From NCBI GenBank assembly GCA_041687755.1, contig JBDNJM010000152.1, positions 1 to 40,191 on the forward strand: DNA of 40,191 nt, in the 5' to 3' direction. The notes under the pieces were generated by a model. That model made no database searches, had not been told where the DNA came from, and saw only the letters and a list, made by a program, of their open reading frames with translations. The translations under genes and the position numbers were made by a program. Below, piece after piece: positions 25,597-34,489 of this stretch; the first letter of the stretch is position 1; the number at the start of each line of letters is the position of its first letter. Source of the stretch: Planctomycetota bacterium. GTDB lineage: Bacteria > Planctomycetota > UBA1135 > GCA-002686595.

Positions 25597-26931
25597 TTGG
25601 ACTTCTCGAAGCATCTCGCCAAGGCCGCCGAGGCCGCGCGCCGCAAGAACTACGACTTCGCGGTCGAGTTGTACCGCCAGCTTCTGGACCTGGATCAGGA
25701 CCTCGAGGAGGCGCGCGCTGGGCTGCGGGTGGCGCTGAAGAAGCGCGCCGAGGCGAAGGGCGGCGGATGGCTGCTGCGGGCGCTCGGCGGCGCGGTGCCG
25801 CTGGGCAAGGCGAAGAGCCTGGCGAAGCTCGGCAAGCACGAGGCGGCGGCGAAGGCGCTTGAGGACTACCTTGGGAAGAACCCGCTCGACGTGGCCGCGA
25901 ACCTGGCCCTGGGCTCGGCGCTGGAGCAGGCGGGGCACCTGCGCTCCGCCAAGGCGGTGTTCCAGTTCGTGGCCGAGATTGCGCCGACGAACCCCGAGGG
26001 CCTCAAGCGGGCCGGGGAGATGTTGATGGCGGCCGGCGACCACGCGGCGGCGCTCGAGCACTACGAGCGGGCCCTGGCGATCGATCCGCGCGACCAGGAC
26101 GCGATCAAGGCCCGCAAGAACCTGGCGGCGGAAGCCGCGCTGTCGGGCAGCCGGCTGGACAGCGTCGGGCACAGTCGGGAGCTGGCGGCGAAGCCGGACG
26201 AGCTGGCCCAGAGCGAGCGGGCGCGCAGGATGCACAGGACGGAGGAGGAACTCGGGCAGGATCTGACGCGGCTCGAGGGGCGCTTCGCGGAGGCTCCCTC
26301 GGACGTGGATCTGATGCTGGAGATGGCGGAGGTCCACGAAAAGCTCGGGGACGCCGAGGCGGCCTACGACCTGGTGGACCGCGCCTGCCAGTACCGGCGC
26401 GACGACCCGGCCCTGGCCGAGCGCCGCGGCGGCCTCGAGCTGCGCATGAAGCGGCGCCAGCTCGCGGCGGCCGGCAAGTCCGGCGACGAGGCCGGGGCCA
26501 ACCGGATCGAGGCGGAGATCATCGAGCTCGAGCTGGCCGAGTTCGCCCGCAGGGCCGCGGCGCGCCCCGGCGACGGCGACCTGGCCGTGCAGTTCGGGCG
26601 CCGGCTGCTGGACGCCGGGCGGGCCGTCGAGGCCCTGGCGGAGCTCCAGCGGGTCGCTGCCGACTACCCCGGGGCGGGGGAGCTGGCCTTCGCCAAGAGC
26701 AGCGCGTACCGGGCCCTGGGGCACGCGGATCTGGCCGCCAAGGAACTGGAGCGGGCCTCGGCGGCCCTGGCGCCCACCTCCCAGATGGGTAAGGAAGTCG
26801 GATATCTGCGAGGCGCACTGGCCGAGGAGGCCGGCGATCGGGAGGCGGCGCGGACCCACTACCTGAGCGTGTTCGAGGTCGATCTGGGCTTCCGCGACGT
26901 GGCGGCGAAGCTCGAGCAGCTGAAATCCTGA
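25597..26931 (+). CDS. TPR-repeat protein
   Basis: A 34-aa helical repeat pattern runs throughout (..AAALEHYERALAIDPRDQDAIKARKNLA.., ..AEAAYDLVDRACQYRRDDP..). There is no in-frame ATG after the divergent def gene. A candidate TTG at 25597 (MDFSKHLAK..) makes the start uncertain. TGA at 26929. Confidence 0.5.
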   Translation: MDFSKHLAKAAEAARRKNYDFAVELYRQLLDLDQDLEEARAGLRVALKKRAEAKGGGWLLRALGGAVPLGKAKSLAKLGKHEAAAKALEDYLGKNPLDVAANLALGSALEQAGHLRSAKAVFQFVAEIAPTNPEGLKRAGEMLMAAGDHAAALEHYERALAIDPRDQDAIKARKNLAAEAALSGSRLDSVGHSRELAAKPDELAQSERARRMHRTEEELGQDLTRLEGRFAEAPSDVDLMLEMAEVHEKLGDAEAAYDLVDRACQYRRDDPALAERRGGLELRMKRRQLAAAGKSGDEAGANRIEAEIIELELAEFARRAAARPGDGDLAVQFGRRLLDAGRAVEALAELQRVAADYPGAGELAFAKSSAYRALGHADLAAKELERASAALAPTSQMGKEVGYLRGALAEEAGDREAARTHYLSVFEVDLGFRDVAAKLEQLKS

Positions 26932-27085
26932 GCCGGGCTGGGCTAAGCCCGGCTTCCCCCCGGCCGGAAATCTGGCCCCGGGTCCCGCTTCACCCACTGG
27001 CGTCCGCCCGAGGTCTCGGCTATCGTCTCCGCCCCTCAACCATTCAGGCGCCCGCTTCTCGGTCGCCCGAAGACCAACAGATTCA

Positions 27086-27340
27086 ATGCCGAATACAAAG
27101 CAGTCCAAGAAGCGCCTTATCACCGACGACGCGAAGCGTCTCCGCAACAAGGCCGCCCGCAGTTCCATGCGCAGCGCTATGCGGATCGTCCTCAAGGCGG
27201 AGACCAAGGAGGCCGGCCAGAAGGCCCTCCCGCTGGCGGCTAGCCGCATCGATCGCGCCGCGATGAAGAACATCATCCACAGCAACGCTGCGGCCCGCTT
27301 CAAAGGCCGGCTCGAGCGGCGCGTGTCCCAGCTCGCGTAG
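27086..27340 (+). CDS. rpsT: 30S ribosomal protein S20
   Basis: 84 aa, MPNTKQSKKRLITDDAKRLRNKAARSSMRS...IIHSNAAARFKGRLERRVSQLA matches the bS20 consensus (KSAKKR..N..S..R..IHKNKAAR.KS.L). Confidence 0.85.
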   Translation: MPNTKQSKKRLITDDAKRLRNKAARSSMRSAMRIVLKAETKEAGQKALPLAASRIDRAAMKNIIHSNAAARFKGRLERRVSQLA

Positions 27341-27391
27341 TTCGCGACGCTCCTCTTCCCATTCCCTCTCCGCTGACCCGTTCCGGTTCCG

Positions 27392-27736
27392 ATGGCATCG
27401 AGCTTCGAATCCTCCGCTTCGCACAGTCACCCGATGCTGCAACCGTTGCGTCTCCCGAGCCTAAAGGACGGTATTTACGGCACGGCGAAGGAGCTGCTAG
27501 ACGACCTCCCCGATTACACCCTCGACTCGGAAGACGAGGCGAAGGGCGAGCTGCGCGCAACCCGCAAGGCGCGTCTCCTCGGCGGTGAGTCGAAGGTCGT
27601 GATCCTCGTTGACGGGATGGAAGGGATTCCCTCAACGACGGTGACGGTGCGCTCGGAGACGAGCTCGGGTCTGCTCAAGCACGACAAGTCGAACGTCCTA
27701 GAGATCGTCAAGCTCCTCTCGCACCGCGTGGTCTGA
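27392..27736 (+). CDS. hypothetical protein
   Basis: 114 aa ORF downstream of rpsT, immediately followed by a strong hairpin. No confident family assignment. Confidence 0.4.
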   Translation: MASSFESSASHSHPMLQPLRLPSLKDGIYGTAKELLDDLPDYTLDSEDEAKGELRATRKARLLGGESKVVILVDGMEGIPSTTVTVRSETSSGLLKHDKSNVLEIVKLLSHRVV

Positions 27737-27786
27737 TCCGGACGCGCTGCCGGCGCCGCGAGCTCCTCTGGAGCCGGCTCCCCCCG

Positions 27787-27821
27787 CCGCCCCCCCGCGC
27801 CCGACCGGCGCGGGGGGGCGG
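27787..27821 (+). terminator. GC-rich hairpin (15-bp stem, 5-nt loop) after the 27392..27736 ORF
   Basis: CGCCCCCCCGCGCC-cgacc-GGCGCGGGGGGGCG. No U-tract, but terminators in high-GC genomes often lack one. Confidence 0.4.
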
Positions 27822-28333
27822 TTGGCGTTCTGGGGTCGGAGCCTAGAAGGGGAGTTTGTGGGCTGCGCTTCGGAGAGGGTTGGCGTCGGCGTTTCGGGCA
27901 GGGGAGCTGCGCCTAGGGCACGGGGAGACGCTGCTCCGGGTCCTCTTGGGGCCCGCTGGGCCGTTCGCCCGATGGCGAGCACCCGCAAGGAGGGGCACGC
28001 TCTCGGTCGCGAGCGGACAGAACCGAGCCCGGGCGGCCCAATTGGCGTTCGGGGGCTAGCATCTCGTCTCGGCTTGGCGCGAACGGGCTCCCAAAACACC
28101 CGGAAAGCGTTTCCGAAACGGCCCTAACTGCCTGTTTGTGCTCATGCTCTGTTGCTTCCCACCCATGGGGCGCACGCCCGCACTGCGGGGTAGGCTTTCG
28201 CAATTCCAGCTGCCGGAGGCCACGCCTGCCAGGGCGTCACCGTGCGCAGCAGGACCTTTATGGATCAAACCGACGGCGCCTCTCCGCGCCACGGCCGCCG
28301 CGCTTGGCAGGCCACCTGAAGCAAAGCCACACC

Positions 28334-31048
28334 ATGCGACCCAACCTCTCACTGCTCCTCGGGATTAGCGCCACCTGGGCGCTCGCCGCCTGCGACAGCA
28401 GTTCGGGCGGTTCTGGCCCCGTCATTCCGCCCACCACCGTGGATTACGGCGGCTTCCTGGGTGCGGTCAACTGCGCGGAACTCGATCCGCTGGTCCCGAC
28501 CTTCGACGGCAGCGGTCTCACCTTCACGGCCGAGCCTGTGCTGCCCGCGGGTCTGCTGCTCAACCCGTCCAGTGGAACGATCTCAGGCACGCCGGCCGCG
28601 CCCGACGGGACCACGTTCCACACGATTACCGTTGCCAACGCGGATGGCTCGGCTTCGGCCGGCCTGACCGTGGGGCTGACGGATCCGGCTTCCCCCTCCG
28701 GGCTGATGTACCCCGAGCAGCAGCTCCTGGCCTCGGTCGGCAGCTCGATCGGCAGCCTCACGCCGACGCTGGCCGCGGGCGGAGCGGACAGCTACGCCTA
28801 CTCGATCTCTCCGAGCCTCCCGGCCGGCCTGGCCTTCGATCCGGCCACGGGTCAGATCTCGGGCACGCCCGCTGAAGGACTGCCGCCCCAGCAGTTCGTG
28901 GTGCGCGCCGGAGACTGCGTCGGCAACGAGACCCTGAGCCTGCTGTGGCTCGAGGTCGAGGGCGGTGCCCTGCCGGCCTCGAACGTGGCGAACCTGACGG
29001 TCGTCGCCAACAGTGACGGCACGGTCTCGATCGCCAAGGTCGACTCCGCCACCGGGCGCCTCATGCCGCTCGGCTACGGCCCGACGGGCGGCGCGCTGGC
29101 CGACGTCGTCGTCAGTCCCAACCAGTCCACGGTCTACGCCCTGCTCCAGGAGCAGAACTCGATCGGTGCCTTCAGCCTCGACCAGGCCGGCGCCGGCCTC
29201 GTCGCGCTTCCGGCCGGCCCGACGTCGCTGCCGGGCGCGAGCTCGGTCGGCGACCTCTTGGTCAGCCCCGACGGGCAGAGTGTCTACGCGACCGACCCCT
29301 CCGGCTCAGCCGCCTACGGTTTCTCCGTGGGATCGTTCGGCGCCCTCGATGCGCTGCCCGGCAGCCCGTACGCGATCAACGGCTCGGGCTTCCAGAACCC
29401 GCAGGACGCGGAGTTCTCCGGCAGCGGCGAACTGCTCTACACGCTCAACGCTGGCTCCAACACGGTCTCCGCCCTGCGCCTTGGCGCGGGCGGCGCGATC
29501 GATGCCCAGGTCGCCCAGCCCACGGGGGCCGGCCCCGCCGACCTCGCCGCGTTGCGCCTCGGAAACGGGCGCGAAATCGTCTACGTCGCCAACGCGACCG
29601 ACGCGACGATCAGCGTCTTCGAGGCGAACCCCGCTGCTCCGAGCCTGACGCTCCTGCAAACGCGCTCAGTGCCCTCCGGCTCGTTCCCGGAGAAGCTGCA
29701 GGTCGTGCGCATCGGCAACAACTCGTTCGTCTACGTGCTGAAGACCGCGACCCAGCTGATCTCGCCGATGCCGATTAACGGTTCGACGGGCCTGCTCGAT
29801 CCGATCCAGGCCGGCATCGGTGCCCAGGGCGTGTCCGACTTCGGCTTCGCGCCGGACGGCAGCTTCGGATTCCTGCTCTCGCAGTCCAACAACCAGCTGA
29901 CCCCGGTGAGCCTGGCCGCGAACGGCGCGCTCTCTGCGATCGAAGCGGACGGCGCCCACGTCGACGGCCTCCTGCAGCGCGGCGGTCCGCTGGCGCTCGA
30001 CATCGTCGGCTCGGCCCAGCCCCTGAAAGTGCGCACCTCGATGGTCTTCGTTGCCAACGCTGACGCCGGCACGGTCAGCGCCTACGACGTGGTCGGCGGC
30101 GGCAGCCAGCTGGCGTCCGAGGGCGAGATCTTGACCGGTGGCCGTCCGGTGGACAGCGCGGTTCGGCCCCAGGGTCAACGCCTGTTCGTCGTCGACAACG
30201 ACGGCGCGGCCGGTGACGACCTGTTCGACTTCTTCCTGAACGGAACCCTGCAGAACTTCGGCAACGGGACGGAGATCGGTGCTCCGCTGTTCGCGAGCCT
30301 CGGCGACGCGCGCCGCGCGGCGGTCGACCCTTCCGGACGCTTCCTACTCGCGATCCGCGGCGGCTCCCCGGGTCAGGTCTTCTCGTTCCAGCTCGACGCA
30401 CTGGGCGCGGTGGGTCAGGGCTCGGTGGAGAGCGCCGGCAACGATCCGACGGCCCTGGTGCCCGACCCCAGCGGTCGCTTCGTCTACGTCGCCAACCGGT
30501 TCGGGAACAACGTCTCCCAACACCGCATCGACGCGGGCAACGGCAGCCTCAGCCTGGTCTCGGCGGCCTCTGTCGGCGACCAGCCGGTGGACGTGGCGCT
30601 CTCGCCGGCCGGCACTCGGCTCTACACCCTGGAGGCCGGCAACGGCGGGCAGATCGGGGCCTACCTGGTGAACCCGAACAGTGGCGTGCTGAACTTTCTG
30701 GGCACCTCGCCCGACGTGAGTGGCTCGGCCTCCGCGCTCGCCGTCGACGGCTTCGGGCGGCACCTGGTCGTCGCGGATTCAGGCTCGAACGAGCTGCGTA
30801 TCTTCCGCGTCTCGACGGGCGAGAACGGGACCCTCCCGGGCGTACCGACTCTGCTCGACGCTGTTTCGGTCGAGGGCGGCCTCAGCGACGTGGCCTTCGA
30901 CATCCAGGGCGAGCGGGTCTTCGCGACCCTCGCCGACGGCGGAGAGGTCAAGACCTACCGCTTCAGCTCGGGCACCCTGGCCCTGACCGACACCGACGCC
31001 GCGGGCGCCGGAGCGGCGGGCATCGGCCTGCGCCGCACCGTGGACTGA
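28334..31048 (+). CDS. lipoprotein with putative Ig-like (dystroglycan-type) repeats followed by a 7-bladed lactonase-type beta-propeller
   Basis: 904 aa from ATG 28334. Lipobox-like LAAC after the signal peptide. Repeats ..LPAGL..(N/D)P..G.ISGTPA.. match the 'putative Ig' domain. The C-terminal half has repeated VYV(A/T)N..(D/N)..(I/V)S(V/Q)(F/H) and LYTL(N/E)AG.. blades typical of the 6-phosphogluconolactonase/3-carboxymuconate-cyclase-like propeller family. Confidence 0.65.
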   Translation: MRPNLSLLLGISATWALAACDSSSGGSGPVIPPTTVDYGGFLGAVNCAELDPLVPTFDGSGLTFTAEPVLPAGLLLNPSSGTISGTPAAPDGTTFHTITVANADGSASAGLTVGLTDPASPSGLMYPEQQLLASVGSSIGSLTPTLAAGGADSYAYSISPSLPAGLAFDPATGQISGTPAEGLPPQQFVVRAGDCVGNETLSLLWLEVEGGALPASNVANLTVVANSDGTVSIAKVDSATGRLMPLGYGPTGGALADVVVSPNQSTVYALLQEQNSIGAFSLDQAGAGLVALPAGPTSLPGASSVGDLLVSPDGQSVYATDPSGSAAYGFSVGSFGALDALPGSPYAINGSGFQNPQDAEFSGSGELLYTLNAGSNTVSALRLGAGGAIDAQVAQPTGAGPADLAALRLGNGREIVYVANATDATISVFEANPAAPSLTLLQTRSVPSGSFPEKLQVVRIGNNSFVYVLKTATQLISPMPINGSTGLLDPIQAGIGAQGVSDFGFAPDGSFGFLLSQSNNQLTPVSLAANGALSAIEADGAHVDGLLQRGGPLALDIVGSAQPLKVRTSMVFVANADAGTVSAYDVVGGGSQLASEGEILTGGRPVDSAVRPQGQRLFVVDNDGAAGDDLFDFFLNGTLQNFGNGTEIGAPLFASLGDARRAAVDPSGRFLLAIRGGSPGQVFSFQLDALGAVGQGSVESAGNDPTALVPDPSGRFVYVANRFGNNVSQHRIDAGNGSLSLVSAASVGDQPVDVALSPAGTRLYTLEAGNGGQIGAYLVNPNSGVLNFLGTSPDVSGSASALAVDGFGRHLVVADSGSNELRIFRVSTGENGTLPGVPTLLDAVSVEGGLSDVAFDIQGERVFATLADGGEVKTYRFSSGTLALTDTDAAGAGAAGIGLRRTVD

Positions 31049-31356
31049 GCCAGATCCAGTTCTCCGCCATGGCGAGCGCGGCTCCCTGGAAGGGGGCCGC
31101 GCCCGCGGTGCGTTCTGGGGCCCTCGGCGGGGGTAGGGCAAGAGCGGGCGGCCCAGGTGGGGGGGGCCACGGGGCGATTTTCCGAACAGAACGCAGAACT
31201 CGACCCGGCGGGCACGGTTCAAGACCTAGGAGAGCCTCGAACTGCCTCGAAAGGGGCTCCTCGTTGCCCAGTTTCGCGCCTCAGCACCGCCCAGGCGCTT
31301 TTACCCGGCGCTTTCACCCACCCAGCGCCTCCCGAGGCGCTGCTCGGACCCCTCCA

Positions 31357-32400
31357 ATGAATTTGGTTACCCCCTGCGGGCTTGCCGCGCTCGCGCTGCT
31401 GGTTGTGGATTCCCCCTCCCACGTTTATGAAGCCGGGCGCACGATCCGCGTTACGACCAAGCTGAGCCTGGTCAGCGAGACCGTGGACCTCGAGATGGTG
31501 ATCGACGGGGAGCAGCGCGATGGCCGCGGCGGGAATCAGCCCTCCGAGGTGACGCTTGCGGTGGTGCACACCGACGAGACCGTCGAGGCGGAGGAGGGGT
31601 TGCCCGCCCGGGTCGTGCGGACCTTCGAGCGCCTGGACCACGAGGTGCTGCAGGCGATGGGCGACGAAGAGGTCCAGGAGGAGCGGGATTCGCCGTTCGA
31701 GGACCTGGTCCTGGAGCTGGGCTTCGACGAGGACGGCGAGCTGGAGCTGGACGTCGTCGAGGGCTCGGAGCCCGAGTCGGAGCTGCTCGAGGGGCACGTC
31801 ATGCAGCTCAGCGTCGATGGGCTGCTGGAGGGCGCTGAGTTCGAGGCTGACGCGACCTGGAGCCTCGGGGACGAGGCGATTCGCCGTGCGCTGACGCTCG
31901 ACCTGGAGCTGTTGCTGTTCCCCGCCCCGGAGCCGGATCAGGACGCCAGCGGTGGCGGCGGTCGTGGTGGCGGTTGGCGCGGTGGACGGGGCCCGCAATC
32001 GCTGACCGAGGCCGAGGCCGAGTGGGAAGGTGAGGCCCGGATTGAGGACCTGGAAGGCGACTACGAGGGCATGGAGGTCGCCGTGATCGAACTCGAGTTC
32101 AACTCCGAGGGCGATCTTCCCGAGCGCCAGGGCGGCGGTGGCGGCGGTGGAGCTGGCGGGCAGCGCTCCCTGGCCCTTCCGGCTCTATTGCGCGACAACA
32201 CATTCAACTACGAGCTGACTGGCACGCTGTACTTCTCGATGGAGCAGCAGCGCCCGGTCGCGCTCGAAGTGGAAGGCACGATCACCCGGCGCACCGAGCG
32301 AATCTCATCGCGCGGCGGCCGTGAAGTAGAAGTCCGCTCGACCCGCGTGGGCGAGTGGAACCAGACCACCCTGTTCGAGATCGTCGAGGACGACCAGTGA
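31357..32400 (+). CDS. acidic secreted hypothetical protein with Gly-rich segments
   Basis: 347 aa, signal MNLVTPCGLAALALLVV. Very acidic (E/D-rich), with GGGGRGGGWRGGRGP and QGGGGGGGAGG tracts. Confidence 0.5.
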   Translation: MNLVTPCGLAALALLVVDSPSHVYEAGRTIRVTTKLSLVSETVDLEMVIDGEQRDGRGGNQPSEVTLAVVHTDETVEAEEGLPARVVRTFERLDHEVLQAMGDEEVQEERDSPFEDLVLELGFDEDGELELDVVEGSEPESELLEGHVMQLSVDGLLEGAEFEADATWSLGDEAIRRALTLDLELLLFPAPEPDQDASGGGGRGGGWRGGRGPQSLTEAEAEWEGEARIEDLEGDYEGMEVAVIELEFNSEGDLPERQGGGGGGGAGGQRSLALPALLRDNTFNYELTGTLYFSMEQQRPVALEVEGTITRRTERISSRGGREVEVRSTRVGEWNQTTLFEIVEDDQ

Positions 32401-33149
32401 AACAATCCATTCTGTCAGGAGCCGCGGCCGGCGCCGTGTCCGCCGCACTCGTGTACTTCGGCCTGCAGGCCGGTGCCGGTGCTCCCGAGACGGTCAGCGA
32501 AAGCGCTGCCGCCGGCCCGCCGGCCGCCTCCCCGGACGCGGGCCGTCTCGACGCCCTGGGCGACTCGGTCGCGCGGCTCGAGAACGACGTGGCGATGATC
32601 GAGGGCATGCTGAGCGAACTGCGCGGCATGGACGTGGGCCAGCTGGCGGCCCGGACCCCGATCGAGAGCCTGACGGCCGGCCTCAGCGCGGACGAGATCG
32701 AGGAGCTGAAGCTGCTCGCGAGCGTCGCCAGCAACGGCGATCTGGGCGCGGGCTCCAACGACTACAACGCCGTGCGCTCCACCCTCGAGCAGATCCGGGA
32801 GGACGAGGACGCGGCCGAGGCGGCAGCCCGGCGCGTTCGCGACCTGGAGCGCATCGAGAGCGATCTCACGCGCCTCGCCGAGGAGCTGGGGCTCGTCGGC
32901 TACCAGACCGATGGCATGCGCAACATCATGACCGTGGAACTCGACAAGCGCAGCGCGCTCGTGGCCGAGGCCCGCGAGGGTGGCGACTGGGGCCTGATGC
33001 GCGACGGCATGCGCGAGATCCGCGATGAGTCCCAGGGCCAGTTCGAGGAGCTGCTGGGCCCGGACCTCTACACCGAGTACTCCGAGAACAACAACGACCG
33101 CCGCGGCGGGTTCGGAGGCTTCGGCGGTCGCGGCGGCGGCGGAAACTGA
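32397..33149 (+). CDS. membrane-anchored coiled-coil hypothetical protein with Gly-rich C-terminus
   Basis: GTG start at 32397 overlaps the upstream TGA (GTGA), suggesting translational coupling. N-terminal TM helix (SILSGAAAGAVSAALVYFGL). C-terminal RRGGFGGFGGRGGGGN. Confidence 0.5.
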   Translation: MKQSILSGAAAGAVSAALVYFGLQAGAGAPETVSESAAAGPPAASPDAGRLDALGDSVARLENDVAMIEGMLSELRGMDVGQLAARTPIESLTAGLSADEIEELKLLASVASNGDLGAGSNDYNAVRSTLEQIREDEDAAEAAARRVRDLERIESDLTRLAEELGLVGYQTDGMRNIMTVELDKRSALVAEAREGGDWGLMRDGMREIRDESQGQFEELLGPDLYTEYSENNNDRRGGFGGFGGRGGGGN

Positions 33150-33276
33150 TCCAGGCTCAGCGCTTGCCTAGGTGACGTGCCCTCTGCGCCGGGGTGATCC
33201 CCCGGCAGCGCGCCTGGGCTGTTCGACGAAGCGAAGGGCTGTGGAGCCTTGTGGCAGGGGCTGCTACAAAACTTCT

Positions 33277-33308
33277 GCGGGGTGCGGGTCTTCGGACCCG
33301 CGCCCCGC
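33277..33308 (+). terminator. 14-bp stem-loop with UUCG tetraloop and one G-U wobble, followed by CUUUCG
   Basis: GCGGGGTGCGGGTC-ttcg-GACCCGCGCCCCGC. The only imperfection is a T opposite G, a wobble pair on the + strand but an A-C mismatch on the minus strand. 128 nt downstream of the 33149 stop. Confidence 0.4.
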
Positions 33309-33825
33309 TTTCGTAGGCAACGCCGGGTCTCCGTGCGACGGCGCGTGCTCGCGCCGCGCGGCCCCACGAAAATGGGGCGCGAGGAGTGCACCGAAGTGCT
33401 GCCTCGCACCCCGCGGGAGAGCGGCCCCTGCCACTGGCCAAACTCCCGAGTGCTGCTGTTCGTCGGACGCGCTGGGCCCGGATCAGATTGTGGGACCCCG
33501 CTTTGAAAGGTGCGGGATCCTCAATTAAAAGGCGGGGGGCGTCAGCGCCAGGGAGAGCGCGCTGCGTCTCCCCCCCCGTTCGATAGACAAGATCGCCTGA
33601 CCGGGGCCGCCTGGATATGGGGTGGTCTCCCCAATCTGCTCCAGGGCTGCTCTAGAGCAACGGCGGCCCGCACTTCTAGGGCCTGGGGCGGCCAGATCCA
33701 CGGTCGAATCTGCGGCTGAGCATCAATTCTCGCTTAGTTGCCGGCCGGAGTGAGCTGCCACTTGGGTCATTCCGAGGGTCGCACCCGTGCCCGCCGAGGC
33801 GCACGGGATGTTCGGGGAATCCCGA

Positions 33826-34484
33826 TCAAGCCTCGGAGAGACCCTCGCTAATCGCGAATCGGGCGAGCTCGACGCGGCCGTGGATGTCGAGCTTGTTCAT
33901 CAAGTTCTCGGTGCGGCGTTCCACGGTGCTGGTCGAGCGCTTCAGGGTCGCGGCGATCTCCTGCTTGCTCATGCCCCGCGCCAGGTATCTCAAAATCTCC
34001 GTTTCCCGGGGGGTCAGGGAGGAGACGCGGGTCGTGCCGCCCTCGCCGAGGCGCACGCCGTTTTGGGCGTCGATCACGAGCCGCTTCTGCACCTTGGGGG
34101 AGAACGTCGCGATGCCGCCGGCGGCGCGGCGGATCGCCTCTACGACTTCGCTCGACGCCTGGTCCTCGGTGAGGTACCCGGTCGCCTGGGCGCTGAGGGG
34201 CTCTCGATGTAGCGGTCGTTGAAAAACGCGCTCAAGAACACGACGTGCACCGCGGGGCGCATGCGCTCGATTTCCTTGGCCGCGTCGAACGCGACGATCC
34301 CGCGCATGTCGATGTCCATCAGGACCACGTGGGGCTTGACGTCGAGTGTCAGGAGCAGGGTCTCGTCGCCCGAGCTGGCCATGCCGACGACCTGGATATC
34401 ATTCTCGGGCTCCAGCCGGTCGCGCAGGCCGTCGCGCACGAGCTGGTGGGCATCGATGAGCAGGACTCGAATGGGGGTGGTCAT
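33826..34484 (-). pseudogene. NarL/FixJ-family response regulator (REC + LuxR HTH) split by a frameshift
   Basis: REC domain from ATG 34484 (MTTPIRVLLIDAHQ..DVKPHVVLMDIDM..). The track ORF 34140..34931 terminates this frame at 34140. The LuxR HTH (..LTPRETEILRYLARGMSKQEIAATL..) is in the separate ORF 33826..34092. A third frame across the junction reads PLSAQATGYLTEDQASSEVVEAIRRAAGG, the expected NarL linker. The shift lies near the G4 run at 34198-34201. Confidence 0.55.
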
Positions 34485-34489
34485 GGCGG

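Noticed and set aside
25507-27303. 598-aa minus-strand ORF antisense to the TPR gene and rpsT
   Set aside because: It would overlap rpsT, which is a near-certain call. The translation is Arg/Leu/Gly/Pro-rich with no repeats or motifs.
27392-27736. Attempted family assignment of the 114-aa ORF after rpsT (Roadblock/LC7-like?)
   Set aside because: Only a vague resemblance (KVVILVDGMEG); no diagnostic motif. Left as hypothetical.
33560-33740. Possible tmRNA (segment resembling GATTCGACG on the minus strand near 33690-33700)
   Set aside because: No matching tRNA-like T-arm/CCA end, no tag-peptide reading frame (..ANDENYALAA-like), and the 5' GGGG...GATTCGACGGG signature is only partially matched. 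RNase P (AGGAAAGTCCGG) and SRP (GGAAGCAGCC) hallmarks are also not found.
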